A DNA stretch of 64,000 nucleotides from Terrimicrobiaceae bacterium (GTDB lineage: Bacteria; Verrucomicrobiota; Verrucomicrobiia; Chthoniobacterales; Terrimicrobiaceae): NCBI GenBank assembly GCA_041752695.1, contig JBGSVZ010000050.1, positions 1-64,000 on the forward strand. Reading direction: 5' to 3'. Shown here one piece after another: positions 18,934 through 28,481 of this stretch. The notes beneath the pieces are model-generated. The model worked only from the letters and a program-made list of their open reading frames with translations, made no database searches and was not told where the DNA came from. The translations under genes were made by a program, and so were the position numbers. Within the stretch, counting starts at the first letter, position 1. The number at the start of each line of letters is the position of its first letter.

Positions 18934-19935
18934 ATGCTGCGGCGTCGCATCCTCCTGGCTCTCGTGTTGGTGATATTTGCCGTGCTGAGCCTTTCGGTTT
19001 TTGTGATCGCGCGCGCCTCCTCCGAATTGGTTTCCCCGGCGCGGCGGCCGTTGCAGGACTATCATCGCGAGTGGCTGAATCGCCCGACGGCGCACGGCAT
19101 CGCGATTCAGAAATTCTCTGCGATCAATGGCCGTGTCCCGTGCCTGCTGGTGCTGCCGGATACGTCGGCGGGCCTGTCACCCCGCGGGGCAAAGATCCGC
19201 CGTCAATTGGAAGAGGAGGGGGTGTCCCTGCCGCCGTTCGGAGAAACCTTTGGCAATCTTGTCCTGATGCCCGGCCGGAATGGGAACAAGGAGGACCTTC
19301 TACCGGTGGCGGAGCGGTTCTGTGCGGTGGGGTTCCGCTGCGTCATCCCCGACCTTCCTTCTCACGGGGAAAGCCCGGAAAAAATTTGCACCTTCGGCGC
19401 TTCGGACTTTGACGCCATGGTTCCCGCCGGCCTCCTGGAGGAGGCGGCGAGTCGCTTTCAATTTCCCCGCTTTCCAGCCGGCCTCTGGGGCATGTCCATG
19501 GGCGGGGCCTATCTCGCGCGGGCAGCGTCCCTTCCGGGGGCAGACTGGCAGGGGTTGGTGGTGGTCTGCAGTTTTGATTCCCTCGACGCCGTGCTGCAGC
19601 GGAAACTCGCCTCTTTCACCGGTCCGGTCGCACCGGTTTTTGATCGGGCCATCCGTCGGGCCTGTGTCATGCGGGGCGGGGTGGATCCCGCCGCGGTGCA
19701 GCCGGTAGAGTGGGCCGCCGCGGTTTCCGCTCCGCTGCTCATGGCGCATGGCACGGACGACGAACTTATCCCGGAGTCCTTTGGCCGCCGGCTTTTTGAC
19801 GGCTACGGCTCCGCGGAGAAAAGGTGGGTGACGGTCGAAGGTGGAACGCACGATCGCGTTCTTGTCACCGACATGCCGCTCTACGCCACGATGGCGGAGT
19901 GGTTTCTGATCCATCTGCGCGCCACGGGGTCTTAA
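18934..19935 (+). CDS. Exported alpha/beta hydrolase
   Basis: N-terminal signal/anchor, DLPSHGES, nucleophile GMSMGG, HGTDDELIP, GGTHD. Confidence 0.85.
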   Translation: MLRRRILLALVLVIFAVLSLSVFVIARASSELVSPARRPLQDYHREWLNRPTAHGIAIQKFSAINGRVPCLLVLPDTSAGLSPRGAKIRRQLEEEGVSLPPFGETFGNLVLMPGRNGNKEDLLPVAERFCAVGFRCVIPDLPSHGESPEKICTFGASDFDAMVPAGLLEEAASRFQFPRFPAGLWGMSMGGAYLARAASLPGADWQGLVVVCSFDSLDAVLQRKLASFTGPVAPVFDRAIRRACVMRGGVDPAAVQPVEWAAAVSAPLLMAHGTDDELIPESFGRRLFDGYGSAEKRWVTVEGGTHDRVLVTDMPLYATMAEWFLIHLRATGS

Positions 19936-20001
19936 GCTGGAGACGGCGACCCCTATCTCAGGATGCTTGGAGTTGGCGGTCGCCGGCTGTTTTCGATTTT
20001 T

Positions 20002-21852
20002 TCAGGAAGCGGGAGCCACCGCATGTTCCCCATGGTGGAACTGCATTTCGTAGAGCTTGCGGTAAAGCGGAGAGCGTTCAAGCAAGACGGCGTGCGGGGC
20101 GACGTCCACGATGCGACCCTGGTCCATCACGATGATCTGGTCGCTCTTCAGGATGGTGGAGAGCCGGTGGGCGATGGCGATGACGGTGCGGCCGTGCGAG
20201 AGGCGTTCCAGAGCGGCCTGGATGATCTTTTCGGATTCCGAATCCAGCGCGGAGGTGGCCTCGTCGAGGAGCAGGACGGGGGCGTTTTTTAAGAGAGCGC
20301 GGGCGATGGCGAGGCGTTGCTGTTGGCCGCCGGAAAGCATGCAGCCTTTGTCGCCGACGACGGTCTGGTACCCTTCCGGTTGGGCGAGGATGAAATCGTG
20401 GGCGTAAGCCTGGCTGGCGGCGGCTTCAATTTCGGCGCGGGTGGCGTCGAGACGTCCGTAGCGGATGTTTTCGTAGATCGTGTCGTGGAAAAGGAACGTT
20501 TCCTGGGTGACGACGCCGATGTGCTCGCGGAGCGACTGCTGGGTGATGGTGCGGATATCTTTGTCGTCGAGTAGGATGGCACCGGCCTGCGGATCGTAGA
20601 AACGTTGGACGAGGGAGAGGAGGGTGGTTTTTCCGGCACCGCTGGCCCCGACGAGGGCGTATTTTTTGCCGGCGTCGATGTCGAAGGAAATCCCGTGGAC
20701 GGCGTTGGTGTCCTTCCCGTAAGAAAAGCTGACTCCGTCGAAAGTGATGCGGCCCGCGCATTTCGTGATGATGGTCGCGTTCGGGGCGTCCTGGACGGCC
20801 GATTGTTTGGATAGCAGTTCGAAAATGTTCGTCGCCGAGGCCATGCATTTTTGCATTTGCATGGGGATGCGGCTGAGAGATTTCACCGGATTATACAACA
20901 TGAAAATGCCGGTGAGCAGGCCGGCGAGTTGTCCGATGCTGACGTTGAAAAAATAGACGTACATGAGCGCTAGCACGACGCCGAAGGCAGAGACGGACTC
21001 GATGATTGGGCCAACCATTTCCATGCTCTTGCGAACACGAAGGCTGTTGCGGCATTGTTTGTCGCTGGATTTGGCGAACTCCGCGGCCTGGTAGTCTTCG
21101 CGGGCAAACGATTTGATCACCCGCACGCCCGCGAACGTTTCCTGGAGGATGACGGCCATCTGTCCGGCTTCGTTTTCCTCGGCGCGTCCGGCCTGGCGGA
21201 TTTTTTTGCCGAAGATGATGACGGGCAGCATGCAGAGGGGGAAGAGGACGAGGGTGGTGAGACTGAACCGCCAGTCGATCATGACGATGACCACCGCTCC
21301 GGTGAGCACCGCGATGGGGGCCTTGACCAGATCGCCGGCGATGGAAGTGAGGGCGTTCTGCGCCATACGGGTGTCGTTGAGCACGCGGGAAATGAGTTTT
21401 CCCGATTTCGCCGTGCTGAAGAACGACATGGACTGCGTCATGATATGACTGAAGAGCTGGCTGCGGATGTCACGCAGCACGCGCAGGCTCACCCAGGTCA
21501 TGCAATAGGAGTTCAGGTAGGTGAAGATCCCGCGCAGGATCATTACGGCGGGAATGAGGAGGCTGATCCAGATGACGCTTTCGAACGTAGCGGGCGGGGC
21601 GTCCACCGGGGGGGGAGCGGTGGCGGCGGAAAAACTGAACCCGCCCACGCCGGGACCGCCGGGCAGGACCTTGTCGCCCACGGTTTTCACCACGAGGGCA
21701 AACACGCCGTTCACCATTCCTGCCAGCACGCCGAAGAGCAGGCCAAGAAAAAGCCGCTGCCGGTAGGGCTTCAGATAAACCGCGAGGCGCAGATACGGCT
21801 GCCAGAACTCGCGGACGAGTTGCGGGAACGGAAGTTTGGGAGCCTTGGGCAT
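20002..21852 (-). CDS. msbA: MsbA-like ABC exporter (TMD + NBD)
   Basis: TM domain followed by GASGAGKT, LSGGQQQR, LLDEATSALD, IAHRLST. Lipid A specificity is inferred only. Confidence 0.8.
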   Translation of the reverse strand: MPKAPKLPFPQLVREFWQPYLRLAVYLKPYRQRLFLGLLFGVLAGMVNGVFALVVKTVGDKVLPGGPGVGGFSFSAATAPPPVDAPPATFESVIWISLLIPAVMILRGIFTYLNSYCMTWVSLRVLRDIRSQLFSHIMTQSMSFFSTAKSGKLISRVLNDTRMAQNALTSIAGDLVKAPIAVLTGAVVIVMIDWRFSLTTLVLFPLCMLPVIIFGKKIRQAGRAEENEAGQMAVILQETFAGVRVIKSFAREDYQAAEFAKSSDKQCRNSLRVRKSMEMVGPIIESVSAFGVVLALMYVYFFNVSIGQLAGLLTGIFMLYNPVKSLSRIPMQMQKCMASATNIFELLSKQSAVQDAPNATIITKCAGRITFDGVSFSYGKDTNAVHGISFDIDAGKKYALVGASGAGKTTLLSLVQRFYDPQAGAILLDDKDIRTITQQSLREHIGVVTQETFLFHDTIYENIRYGRLDATRAEIEAAASQAYAHDFILAQPEGYQTVVGDKGCMLSGGQQQRLAIARALLKNAPVLLLDEATSALDSESEKIIQAALERLSHGRTVIAIAHRLSTILKSDQIIVMDQGRIVDVAPHAVLLERSPLYRKLYEMQFHHGEHAVAPAS

Positions 21853-21890
21853 GTGGCGGAAGCAGAGTTAACGCCGGAAAGGGGTGTCCG

Positions 21891-22985
21891 TCAAAATCCT
21901 TGGCTGCGGAAGATGCCGAAATACCAGTCCCAAAGCTTCTCTCCTCCGAAGATCCAAATGGCCCCACCCAGCGCGAGGAAGGGTCCGAAGGGCACCCGGG
22001 AACCGGCTTTGTCCCGGGCAATAAAAACTCCCGCCAGGGCGGCGACGCAGCCGATCACGGAGGCTGAGCAGATGGTGAAAAGCACCGCCTTCCAACCCAG
22101 GAATGCGCCGATGGCGGCGATGAATTTTACGTCGCCAAATCCCATGGCTTCGCGCGGGATGGTGATGGCGCGCAGAGTGCCGGAAACGGACTCAATGTGT
22201 TCCAGCGGGAGGGTGTCCGCTCCAATCATGGCGCGGTCGTGGTAAAATGTAATGATGGTGTTTTCGATCTCCTTTGGTCCGACGACAGCCTTGGTGCAAT
22301 CCAAAACCAGGACGTCTTTCTCCAAACGGTAAAAGATCTCCTCCCAGGGGAGTTTTTCCTCGCCGACGGACAGAAAAATCTGCTCGCCCTCCTGCTGGAT
22401 GGAAAATTTTTCCGGTTCGGGAAAGGTGTGGCGTTTTTTCCCGAAAGCCAGTTTGCCGAGTTCGACGATGAGCCAGAGCAATCCGTACCCGAGGGCCGCG
22501 CCGGCGACGGACAATCCGAGCGCCTCGAGCCGCGAGGAGGTTTGCATCATCGCGGGCAGGGCGACGCTGAGCAAAATGCCCGCGGCTGTGCCGCCCCAGG
22601 TGATTTCGTCGGGAATGATGAAATGCTCGATGTCAATGAACGTCGCGGCAATGAGGAGCGAGACAAACAGCCAGTAGACTGGCGCAAGCGGCAGACCGTG
22701 GGATTCCCAGACCGCGAGGAAAACGGCGGCGGTGAGAAGCTCCACCAGGAAATACCGGACGGAGATCTTCGCCTTGCAGCCGGAACATTTTCCGCGCAGG
22801 GCAAGCCAGCTGATCAGAGGCAGATTTTCATACCACGGAATGAGTCGGTTGCACGACGGACAAAAGGATCTTTTGGGATTGCGCAGCGAAATGCCGCGTG
22901 GCATGCGATGGATGCAGGCGTTGAGGAAGGAGCCGATGATGCCCCCCAATACGGCGGAGAAAACGGTGAGCACCGTGTCCCTCAT
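21891..22985 (-). CDS. pilD: Prepilin peptidase (A24) with soluble insertion
   Basis: GSFLNACIHRMP, CPSC and CSGC zinc motifs, catalytic FID.EH..IPD and MGFGDVK, PFGPFL. Confidence 0.92.
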   Translation of the reverse strand: MRDTVLTVFSAVLGGIIGSFLNACIHRMPRGISLRNPKRSFCPSCNRLIPWYENLPLISWLALRGKCSGCKAKISVRYFLVELLTAAVFLAVWESHGLPLAPVYWLFVSLLIAATFIDIEHFIIPDEITWGGTAAGILLSVALPAMMQTSSRLEALGLSVAGAALGYGLLWLIVELGKLAFGKKRHTFPEPEKFSIQQEGEQIFLSVGEEKLPWEEIFYRLEKDVLVLDCTKAVVGPKEIENTIITFYHDRAMIGADTLPLEHIESVSGTLRAITIPREAMGFGDVKFIAAIGAFLGWKAVLFTICSASVIGCVAALAGVFIARDKAGSRVPFGPFLALGGAIWIFGGEKLWDWYFGIFRSQGF

Positions 22986-22993
22986 GGGCGTTG

Positions 22994-23063
22994 GGAGATC
23001 GGGGATGGAAGATCGAAGATGGGAGATCGGAGATCGGAAATCGGAGGTCGGGGACGGGAGATC
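22994..23063. repeat. Ten tandem degenerate heptamers (consensus GGAGATC)
   Basis: GGAGATC GGGGATG GAAGATC GAAGATG GGAGATC GGAGATC GGAAATC GGAGGTC GGGGACG GGAGATC. Confidence 0.85.
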
Positions 23064-23088
23064 GCTCCGCAGCCGAGCTTTAGGGTGG

Positions 23089-23682
23089 TCATTCCTTCGG
23101 GAGATCTAACTCCACCATTTCGCAAAGGACGTGGAGAAGAAACTTCTGCGCTTCCTGAATGCGGGCGGTCACGGTGCCGGGGACAACCAGTTCGATCTCC
23201 GCCGCGCCCGCCGTGAACCCGCCGCCCTTGCCGAGGAAAGCGATGGTGTGGACCTTGCGTCGCCGCGCTTCCTCGAGGGCCGACAGAATGTTGCGCGACT
23301 TGCCACTGGTGGTGAGCGTGATCAAGACGTCGCCGGGCTGACCGTAGGCCTGCACTTGACGGGCGAAGATATCCTGAAACGCGTAGTCATTCCCGATCGC
23401 GGTGAGCAGGCCGCCGTCCGCGGTGAAAGAGATGGCCGGGTAGGGGCGGCGGTCTTCCTTGAAGCGGCAGGTAAATTCCGTCGCGATGTGCCCGCTGTCG
23501 GCCGCGCTGCCGCCGTTGCCGCAAAAGAGCAGCTTTTTCCCGGCGACGAGGGCGCCGAGAACAACCTTTGCCGCCCTGGTGAGAGGTTCTTCGAGCGAGC
23601 GGATGGCTTCGAAGGTTTCGAGGGCCTCCTTATGGGAGACTTGAAATTGGCTTACGCTGCCAGGGTTTGCGGAGTGGGACAC
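23089..23682 (-). CDS. gmhA: Phosphoheptose isomerase (SIS domain)
   Basis: CGNGGSAADSGHIATE, TAIGNDY, TTSGKS, ARIQE. Start estimated at GTG 23682, overlapping the upstream gene. Confidence 0.92.
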   Translation of the reverse strand: MSHSANPGSVSQFQVSHKEALETFEAIRSLEEPLTRAAKVVLGALVAGKKLLFCGNGGSAADSGHIATEFTCRFKEDRRPYPAISFTADGGLLTAIGNDYAFQDIFARQVQAYGQPGDVLITLTTSGKSRNILSALEEARRRKVHTIAFLGKGGGFTAGAAEIELVVPGTVTARIQEAQKFLLHVLCEMVELDLPKE

Positions 23683-24167
23683 AGTCGGGAATCCTCGTTG
23701 ATGATCTGCTGAAAATGGGGCCATTCCGTAATGTCCATTGCCGCAAAAAGATGAAGGTAGGCAAAGACAACCTCCGGCGCATGCTGCGCGAATAGGCCGT
23801 CGATGGCGGCGCGGAGTTTTTCGGTAGTGGGCTCGGCGGGGAGGGTCTCCAGCAACCCGCGTCCGTCGTGCGGCACGTCGAGGGCGTCGAGAAACTGACA
23901 GACCATGGTCTGATGGGCGCCGAGAACCCACGACTGAAGGATTTCCGTCGAGGCATCTTCGTTGACGGGTCGGGCCAGTTCCACGCGCATCCAGGAATGG
24001 CGTTCGGAACGTGGCTTGCGGTCGAGGACCACCGTGCGCAACTTCCGGCGGTTCGCCAGCACCTGGATGGTCGCCCGGTAGGCCGGTTTGTCGTTTTCGT
24101 AGAGGTGATTAAAAATACCCGACGCGGCCTCGTCGGAGAAGTGATGGAAAATTTCGTGAGCTTTCAT
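23652..24167 (-). CDS. Conserved hypothetical protein
   Basis: 171-aa ORF with coding-like composition, overlapping the start of gmhA. Confidence 0.75.
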   Translation of the reverse strand: MKAHEIFHHFSDEAASGIFNHLYENDKPAYRATIQVLANRRKLRTVVLDRKPRSERHSWMRVELARPVNEDASTEILQSWVLGAHQTMVCQFLDALDVPHDGRGLLETLPAEPTTEKLRAAIDGLFAQHAPEVVFAYLHLFAAMDITEWPHFQQIINEDSRLCPTPQTLAA

Positions 24168-24279
24168 TGCCTGAACAAACTGGCGTGGTGAGGCTGCGGA
24201 ATGCCGACCCGGGAGTCAAGCACGCCTTCGCCGCAGGCGGCGTTGACACGGCGCGGTAAAGCCGCTTGTATCCCGCCCC

Positions 24280-24792
24280 ATGAGGACATTCCTCGGATTC
24301 ATTTTTCTTTCGTTCGCCCTTTCGTCGTGTTCCACCGTCCCGGAACCTGCCACCCGGCTGGAAAAAGCCAGCGTTTTGCCCCTCGCCCTGAACGACGCCT
24401 TTCAGTTTCGGAAGGTCAAACTCTTCTTCCTTCAGCCCATTCCGCCTCCCATCACGACCAGCGAGCCGATTCTTTTCGAACAGCTTCGCATGACCTGGGG
24501 GACGCTGGACGACTACGACACTGAGCAGCGGTATGGGAATTATTACACCTTTTTCTGGAGGGCGCTTGAGGAGGCGGACGTGACGGTCCGGTTGGAATAC
24601 CGCCAGGCGGCCCTGGGCAACCATGTGATGGCGCAGGAACGGTATTATCCGGCGGTCCGGGGGTCTGTGAAGTCGGACTTCACCGTGACCGGGGACGAAT
24701 ATCTCGAATCCGGCCGGGTGACGGCCTGGAGGGCCCTTCTTATCGTGGACGGAAAAATTGTCGGCCTGCGCCAGTCGTTCCTCTGGCGCTAG
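24280..24792 (+). CDS. Hypothetical lipoprotein
   Basis: Signal peptide with lipobox LSSC. Confidence 0.8.
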   Translation: MRTFLGFIFLSFALSSCSTVPEPATRLEKASVLPLALNDAFQFRKVKLFFLQPIPPPITTSEPILFEQLRMTWGTLDDYDTEQRYGNYYTFFWRALEEADVTVRLEYRQAALGNHVMAQERYYPAVRGSVKSDFTVTGDEYLESGRVTAWRALLIVDGKIVGLRQSFLWR

Positions 24793-24798
24793 GGGGAT

Positions 24799-24828
24799 TT
24801 GACACGCGTCGCCGGGGTGGGATAGTCT
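24799..24828 (+). promoter_or_regulatory. Putative sigma70 promoter for the STAS-PP2C-grpE-dnaJ-nnr unit
   Basis: TTGACA (24799-24804), 18-nt spacer, TAGTCT (24823-24828), 10 nt before the GTG start. Confidence 0.5.
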
Positions 24829-24838
24829 TTAAAAAAGT

Positions 24839-25369
24839 GTGAGCACGACATCGTCTGTCCTGGTCGGCTGCGTCGAACGCACCGTCTGGGTTAAAGTGGA
24901 GGGCAGAGGCACCTTCCAGAACAGCGCGGGATTAAAGGAATTTGTCAAACAGATGATCCAGCGCGGATTCCGGGATTTTGTCGTGGACTTGCATGATTGC
25001 GAGCAGATGGATTCCACCTTCATGGGAACACTGGCCGGGGTGGCGCTTCGGTTGCGCGAAATTGGCCAGGGTGGCTTGCGAGCCGTGAATGTGAACGAAC
25101 GCAACACGGGCCTTCTTTCCAGTCTCGGGCTGGACCAACTTTTTGCCGTCGAACCCGCCGCCACCGGTGAGGTCGAGGACGTGCCCGACGAGTCGAGATT
25201 GCGCGAGGCCGTGCCTGCCGCGGCGGGAGTCGAGGCCCAGAAAAAAATGGTATTGGAGGCACATGAAGCTTTGGTCGAAGCCGAGGCTGCCAATGCGGTG
25301 AAATTTAAGGACGTGCTGGATTATATGCGCCACGAACTCAACGTCCCTGATTCCGAGAAGGACGGCTGA
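24839..25369 (+). CDS. STAS-domain anti-sigma-factor antagonist
   Basis: VKVEGRGTF, VVDL..C..MDSTFMGTL with the conserved phospho-acceptor Ser. Confidence 0.88.
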   Translation: MSTTSSVLVGCVERTVWVKVEGRGTFQNSAGLKEFVKQMIQRGFRDFVVDLHDCEQMDSTFMGTLAGVALRLREIGQGGLRAVNVNERNTGLLSSLGLDQLFAVEPAATGEVEDVPDESRLREAVPAAAGVEAQKKMVLEAHEALVEAEAANAVKFKDVLDYMRHELNVPDSEKDG

Positions 25370-25390
25370 CCGTCACTCCGGGGTTCCTTC

Positions 25391-26818
25391 ATGTGGGCGT
25401 ATATCTTTTTCGCGCTGTTCTTCGGAACCTTCATTGCGTTTCTGGTGGTGATCAATGTTTTCACCCGGCGCATCAGCGAGCTGGAGCGTCAGCGGGCGGA
25501 GTTGCAGGTCGAAGAGGATCGCGTCTTTGATTTTCTCCACGGTCTCGGAGAGGCTTTTTCGGAGGGCGTCCGGTCGTCGGAATTGCACCGCCTGATCGTG
25601 GAAAGTGCCACCCGCATTCTGGATGCCCATGGCGGGGTTTTGTATTTGATGGACAAGGGGGATTCCCTGCTGGCCCCCGCCTTTATCTCCAAGGGGTGCC
25701 CGGCCCTGCTGAATGTCCCTCCTCACATTCTCGACCAGGCGGACAACAATCCCGTCGCTCTCGATAGCTATCTGCGCCTCAGCACGGTCAAGCGCGGGGA
25801 GGGCATCATCGGCAATGTGTTCAAAACCGGGCAGGCGAGACTCTTTTCCGAGGCGGAATTAGCGTCCGAGCTCCCGGCCAGCAGCATTTTTGCCCACTCG
25901 GCCATCGTGGGGCCGTTGATTTACCGGCGGAAAATCCTCGGTATCATGGGGCTGGCCAACGGGCCGATGAGCACGCCGTTCACGGAAAAAGATCTGACGG
26001 TTTTCAAGACCCTGACCGAGCAGTCCGCCTTTGCGCTCTATAACGAGGTGATCTATCTGGAAGCCGGAGAAAAAAAGCGCCTCGACCACGACCTGGAAAT
26101 TGCCCGGGAAATCCAGAGCATCCTGCTGCCGTCCTCGCCGCCCAAGGTGGATGGCTACGAACTCAGTGGCATCAACATCCCCGCCAAGCAGGTGAGCGGC
26201 GATTATTACGACTATATCCGGGTGGACGAACACCGCTGGGGGGTGGCGATTGCCGACGTTTCCGGCAAGGGCGTGCCGGCGTCCCTCATTATGGCCATGT
26301 GCCGAAGTGTGATTCGCAGCGAGGCGGTCGGGCGGCTTTCCGCCGCCGATGTGCTTTGCCGGGTGAATCAGCAGCTTTATCCCGACATCAAAGAGGACAT
26401 GTTTATCAGCATGGCCTATTTGATCCTTGATGTGCAGACCAATTCGGTGACGCTGGCTCGCGCCGGCCACGATGCGCCGCTCTGGTATCGCGCCGCGGAC
26501 AAAAGCGTGGAAAAAGTCACCCCGAAGGGCATGGCGCTGGGCATTGACAGCGGGGAGGTCTTTAATAGAGTTTGCGCCGACTTCACCTTTGAGCTGGCAC
26601 CTGATGACTGCCTGCTGCTCTACACGGACGGAGCCACGGAGGCCCTCGACGACGAGGGGCTGGAATTTGGCATTCCGCGACTGGTGCAGGGCCTGCAGGC
26701 CAGCGCCGTCCAAGGCGCGGCAAGCATCATTAAACGGCTCACGGGGGATGTGAAAAGTTTTGTGGGAAATTATCCCCAGCACGATGACATTACCCTCATT
26801 GGCATAAGGAAACGATGA
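25391..26818 (+). CDS. Membrane-anchored GAF + SpoIIE/PP2C phosphatase (RsbU-like)
   Basis: AREIQSILLP, VSGDYYD, IADVSGKG, RAGH, YTDG.TEA, DDIT. Confidence 0.92.
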   Translation: MWAYIFFALFFGTFIAFLVVINVFTRRISELERQRAELQVEEDRVFDFLHGLGEAFSEGVRSSELHRLIVESATRILDAHGGVLYLMDKGDSLLAPAFISKGCPALLNVPPHILDQADNNPVALDSYLRLSTVKRGEGIIGNVFKTGQARLFSEAELASELPASSIFAHSAIVGPLIYRRKILGIMGLANGPMSTPFTEKDLTVFKTLTEQSAFALYNEVIYLEAGEKKRLDHDLEIAREIQSILLPSSPPKVDGYELSGINIPAKQVSGDYYDYIRVDEHRWGVAIADVSGKGVPASLIMAMCRSVIRSEAVGRLSAADVLCRVNQQLYPDIKEDMFISMAYLILDVQTNSVTLARAGHDAPLWYRAADKSVEKVTPKGMALGIDSGEVFNRVCADFTFELAPDDCLLLYTDGATEALDDEGLEFGIPRLVQGLQASAVQGAASIIKRLTGDVKSFVGNYPQHDDITLIGIRKR

Positions 26819-27333
26819 ATACTGAGACTGAATCAACCGAAGAACAAGCCGCCGCGGAGACGCCCGAGGCAGCCACCCCCGACGCGGCCGCTTTGCTGGC
26901 CGAGGTCGAAAAATACAAGGACGCCGCGCTGCGCTCCCGTGCGGAATTCGACAACTACCGCAAGCGGGTCGTTCGCGAAAAAGAGGACGCCATTCGCTAC
27001 GCCAACACCTCGCTTTTCGAAAATCTCCTACCCATCCTCGATAACTTCGAACTCGGCCTGGGCGCTGCCAAAACTGCCACCGACGCAGCCGGCATTATCC
27101 AGGGGCTGGAAATGGTGCGCAAGCAGCTCGAAGATTTTCTCCGCACCAGCGGCGTGGAAAACATTGATGCCACCGGGCAGCCATTCGACCCCAATTTCCA
27201 TGAGGCCGTCGGACAGGAGGCCAGTGCGGAATTTCCCGAGGGCGTGGTGGTGCGCCAGCTCCGGCGTGGATTTAAGTTGAAGGACCGCCTGTTGCGTCCG
27301 GCCAGTGTGGTTGTCTCCAAGGGCGCGGAATGA
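26815..27333 (+). CDS. grpE: Nucleotide exchange factor GrpE
   Basis: [35 protein letters not shown]. Confidence 0.96.
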   Translation: MNTETESTEEQAAAETPEAATPDAAALLAEVEKYKDAALRSRAEFDNYRKRVVREKEDAIRYANTSLFENLLPILDNFELGLGAAKTATDAAGIIQGLEMVRKQLEDFLRTSGVENIDATGQPFDPNFHEAVGQEASAEFPEGVVVRQLRRGFKLKDRLLRPASVVVSKGAE

Positions 27334-28469
27334 CGGGAAAGCGCGACTACTACGAAGTGCTCGAGGTGGAGCGGACGGTCACCGAGGATGGGATCAAAAA
27401 ATCCTATCGGAAACTCGCGATCAAATACCATCCGGATAAAAACCCCGGCGACCACGAGGCAGAGGAGCGTTTTAAGGAACTTGGGGAGGCCTACGAGGCC
27501 CTGATGGATCCGCAGAAGCGCGCCGCCTACGACCGGTATGGACACGCGGCCTTCCAGCAGGGCGGCGGTGGGGGTGGCGGCGGATTCCATGATCCCTTCG
27601 ACCTTTTCCGCGAGGTTTTTGGTCAGGGCGGCGGATCGGGTGGGATTTTCGAACATTTTTTTGGCGGTGGGGGCGGGACGGACAGTTCCGGGCGGCAGCG
27701 CGGTTCGGATCTGCGATACGACATGCAGATCACGCTGGAAGAGGCTTCGGCCGGGTGCGAGAAGGAGATTGAGATCCGCAAGCTCGGCACGTGCGACACC
27801 TGCGACGGGTCTGGCGCGCAGCAGGGGTCGAAGGCCGTGACCTGTTCGACCTGTCGGGGACGCGGCCAGGTCGTGGCCTCCCGCGGATTTTTCCAGGTCG
27901 CTCAAACCTGCCCGTCGTGTCAAGGCACCGGCCGGGTGATCGAAAAGCCCTGCAAGTCGTGCCATGGCGACGGACGGGTCGAGCAGACGTCCCGCATCAA
28001 GCTGAAAATTCCGGCGGGGATCGACGAGGGGGCGCGCCTGCGCAGTCCCGGTGGCGGAGAATCCGGGTTGCGCGGAGGGGCCGCGGGTGACCTCTATGTG
28101 GTGATCCACTTGAAGGAACATTCCGTGTTCCAGCGCGATGGCATGGATTTGCATTGCGATATGCCCATCCCGTTTTCCATCGCAGCGCTGGGCGGTGAGG
28201 TGCGGGTGCCAACTTTGTCGGGGGCGGTGAGTCTGAAGATTCCTCCGGGAACCCAGAGCGCGAGCGTTTTTCGCATTCGCGGCCAGGGTATGCCGGCTCT
28301 GCAGAGTGCGAGCCGCGGCGATATCCTCGCCCGGGTGCAGGTGGAAGTACCCTCCAGGCTGAATGCCGAGCAGCGCAAGGCCCTGGAGCATTTTGCCGAA
28401 CTTTGTGGCGAGGAAAACACTCCGCTGCACAAGAGTTTCACCGAACGCTTGCGGGATTTGTTCACGTAA
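27330..28469 (+). CDS. dnaJ: Chaperone DnaJ
   Basis: J domain with HPD, G/F-rich region, four CxxCxGxG repeats. Confidence 0.97.
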   Translation: MTGKRDYYEVLEVERTVTEDGIKKSYRKLAIKYHPDKNPGDHEAEERFKELGEAYEALMDPQKRAAYDRYGHAAFQQGGGGGGGGFHDPFDLFREVFGQGGGSGGIFEHFFGGGGGTDSSGRQRGSDLRYDMQITLEEASAGCEKEIEIRKLGTCDTCDGSGAQQGSKAVTCSTCRGRGQVVASRGFFQVAQTCPSCQGTGRVIEKPCKSCHGDGRVEQTSRIKLKIPAGIDEGARLRSPGGGESGLRGGAAGDLYVVIHLKEHSVFQRDGMDLHCDMPIPFSIAALGGEVRVPTLSGAVSLKIPPGTQSASVFRIRGQGMPALQSASRGDILARVQVEVPSRLNAEQRKALEHFAELCGEENTPLHKSFTERLRDLFT

Positions 28470-28481
28470 CCCTGGGTTGCC

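Noticed and set aside
19944..19986. CGGCGACC...GGTCGCCG inverted repeat between convergent genes
   Set aside because: Short stem with a long loop; too weak to call as a terminator or repeat element.
23640..23660. Apparent loss of the gmhA start codon (GTA at the upstream stop)
   Set aside because: An in-frame GTG at 23682 gives a normal-length protein, so no pseudogene call is needed.
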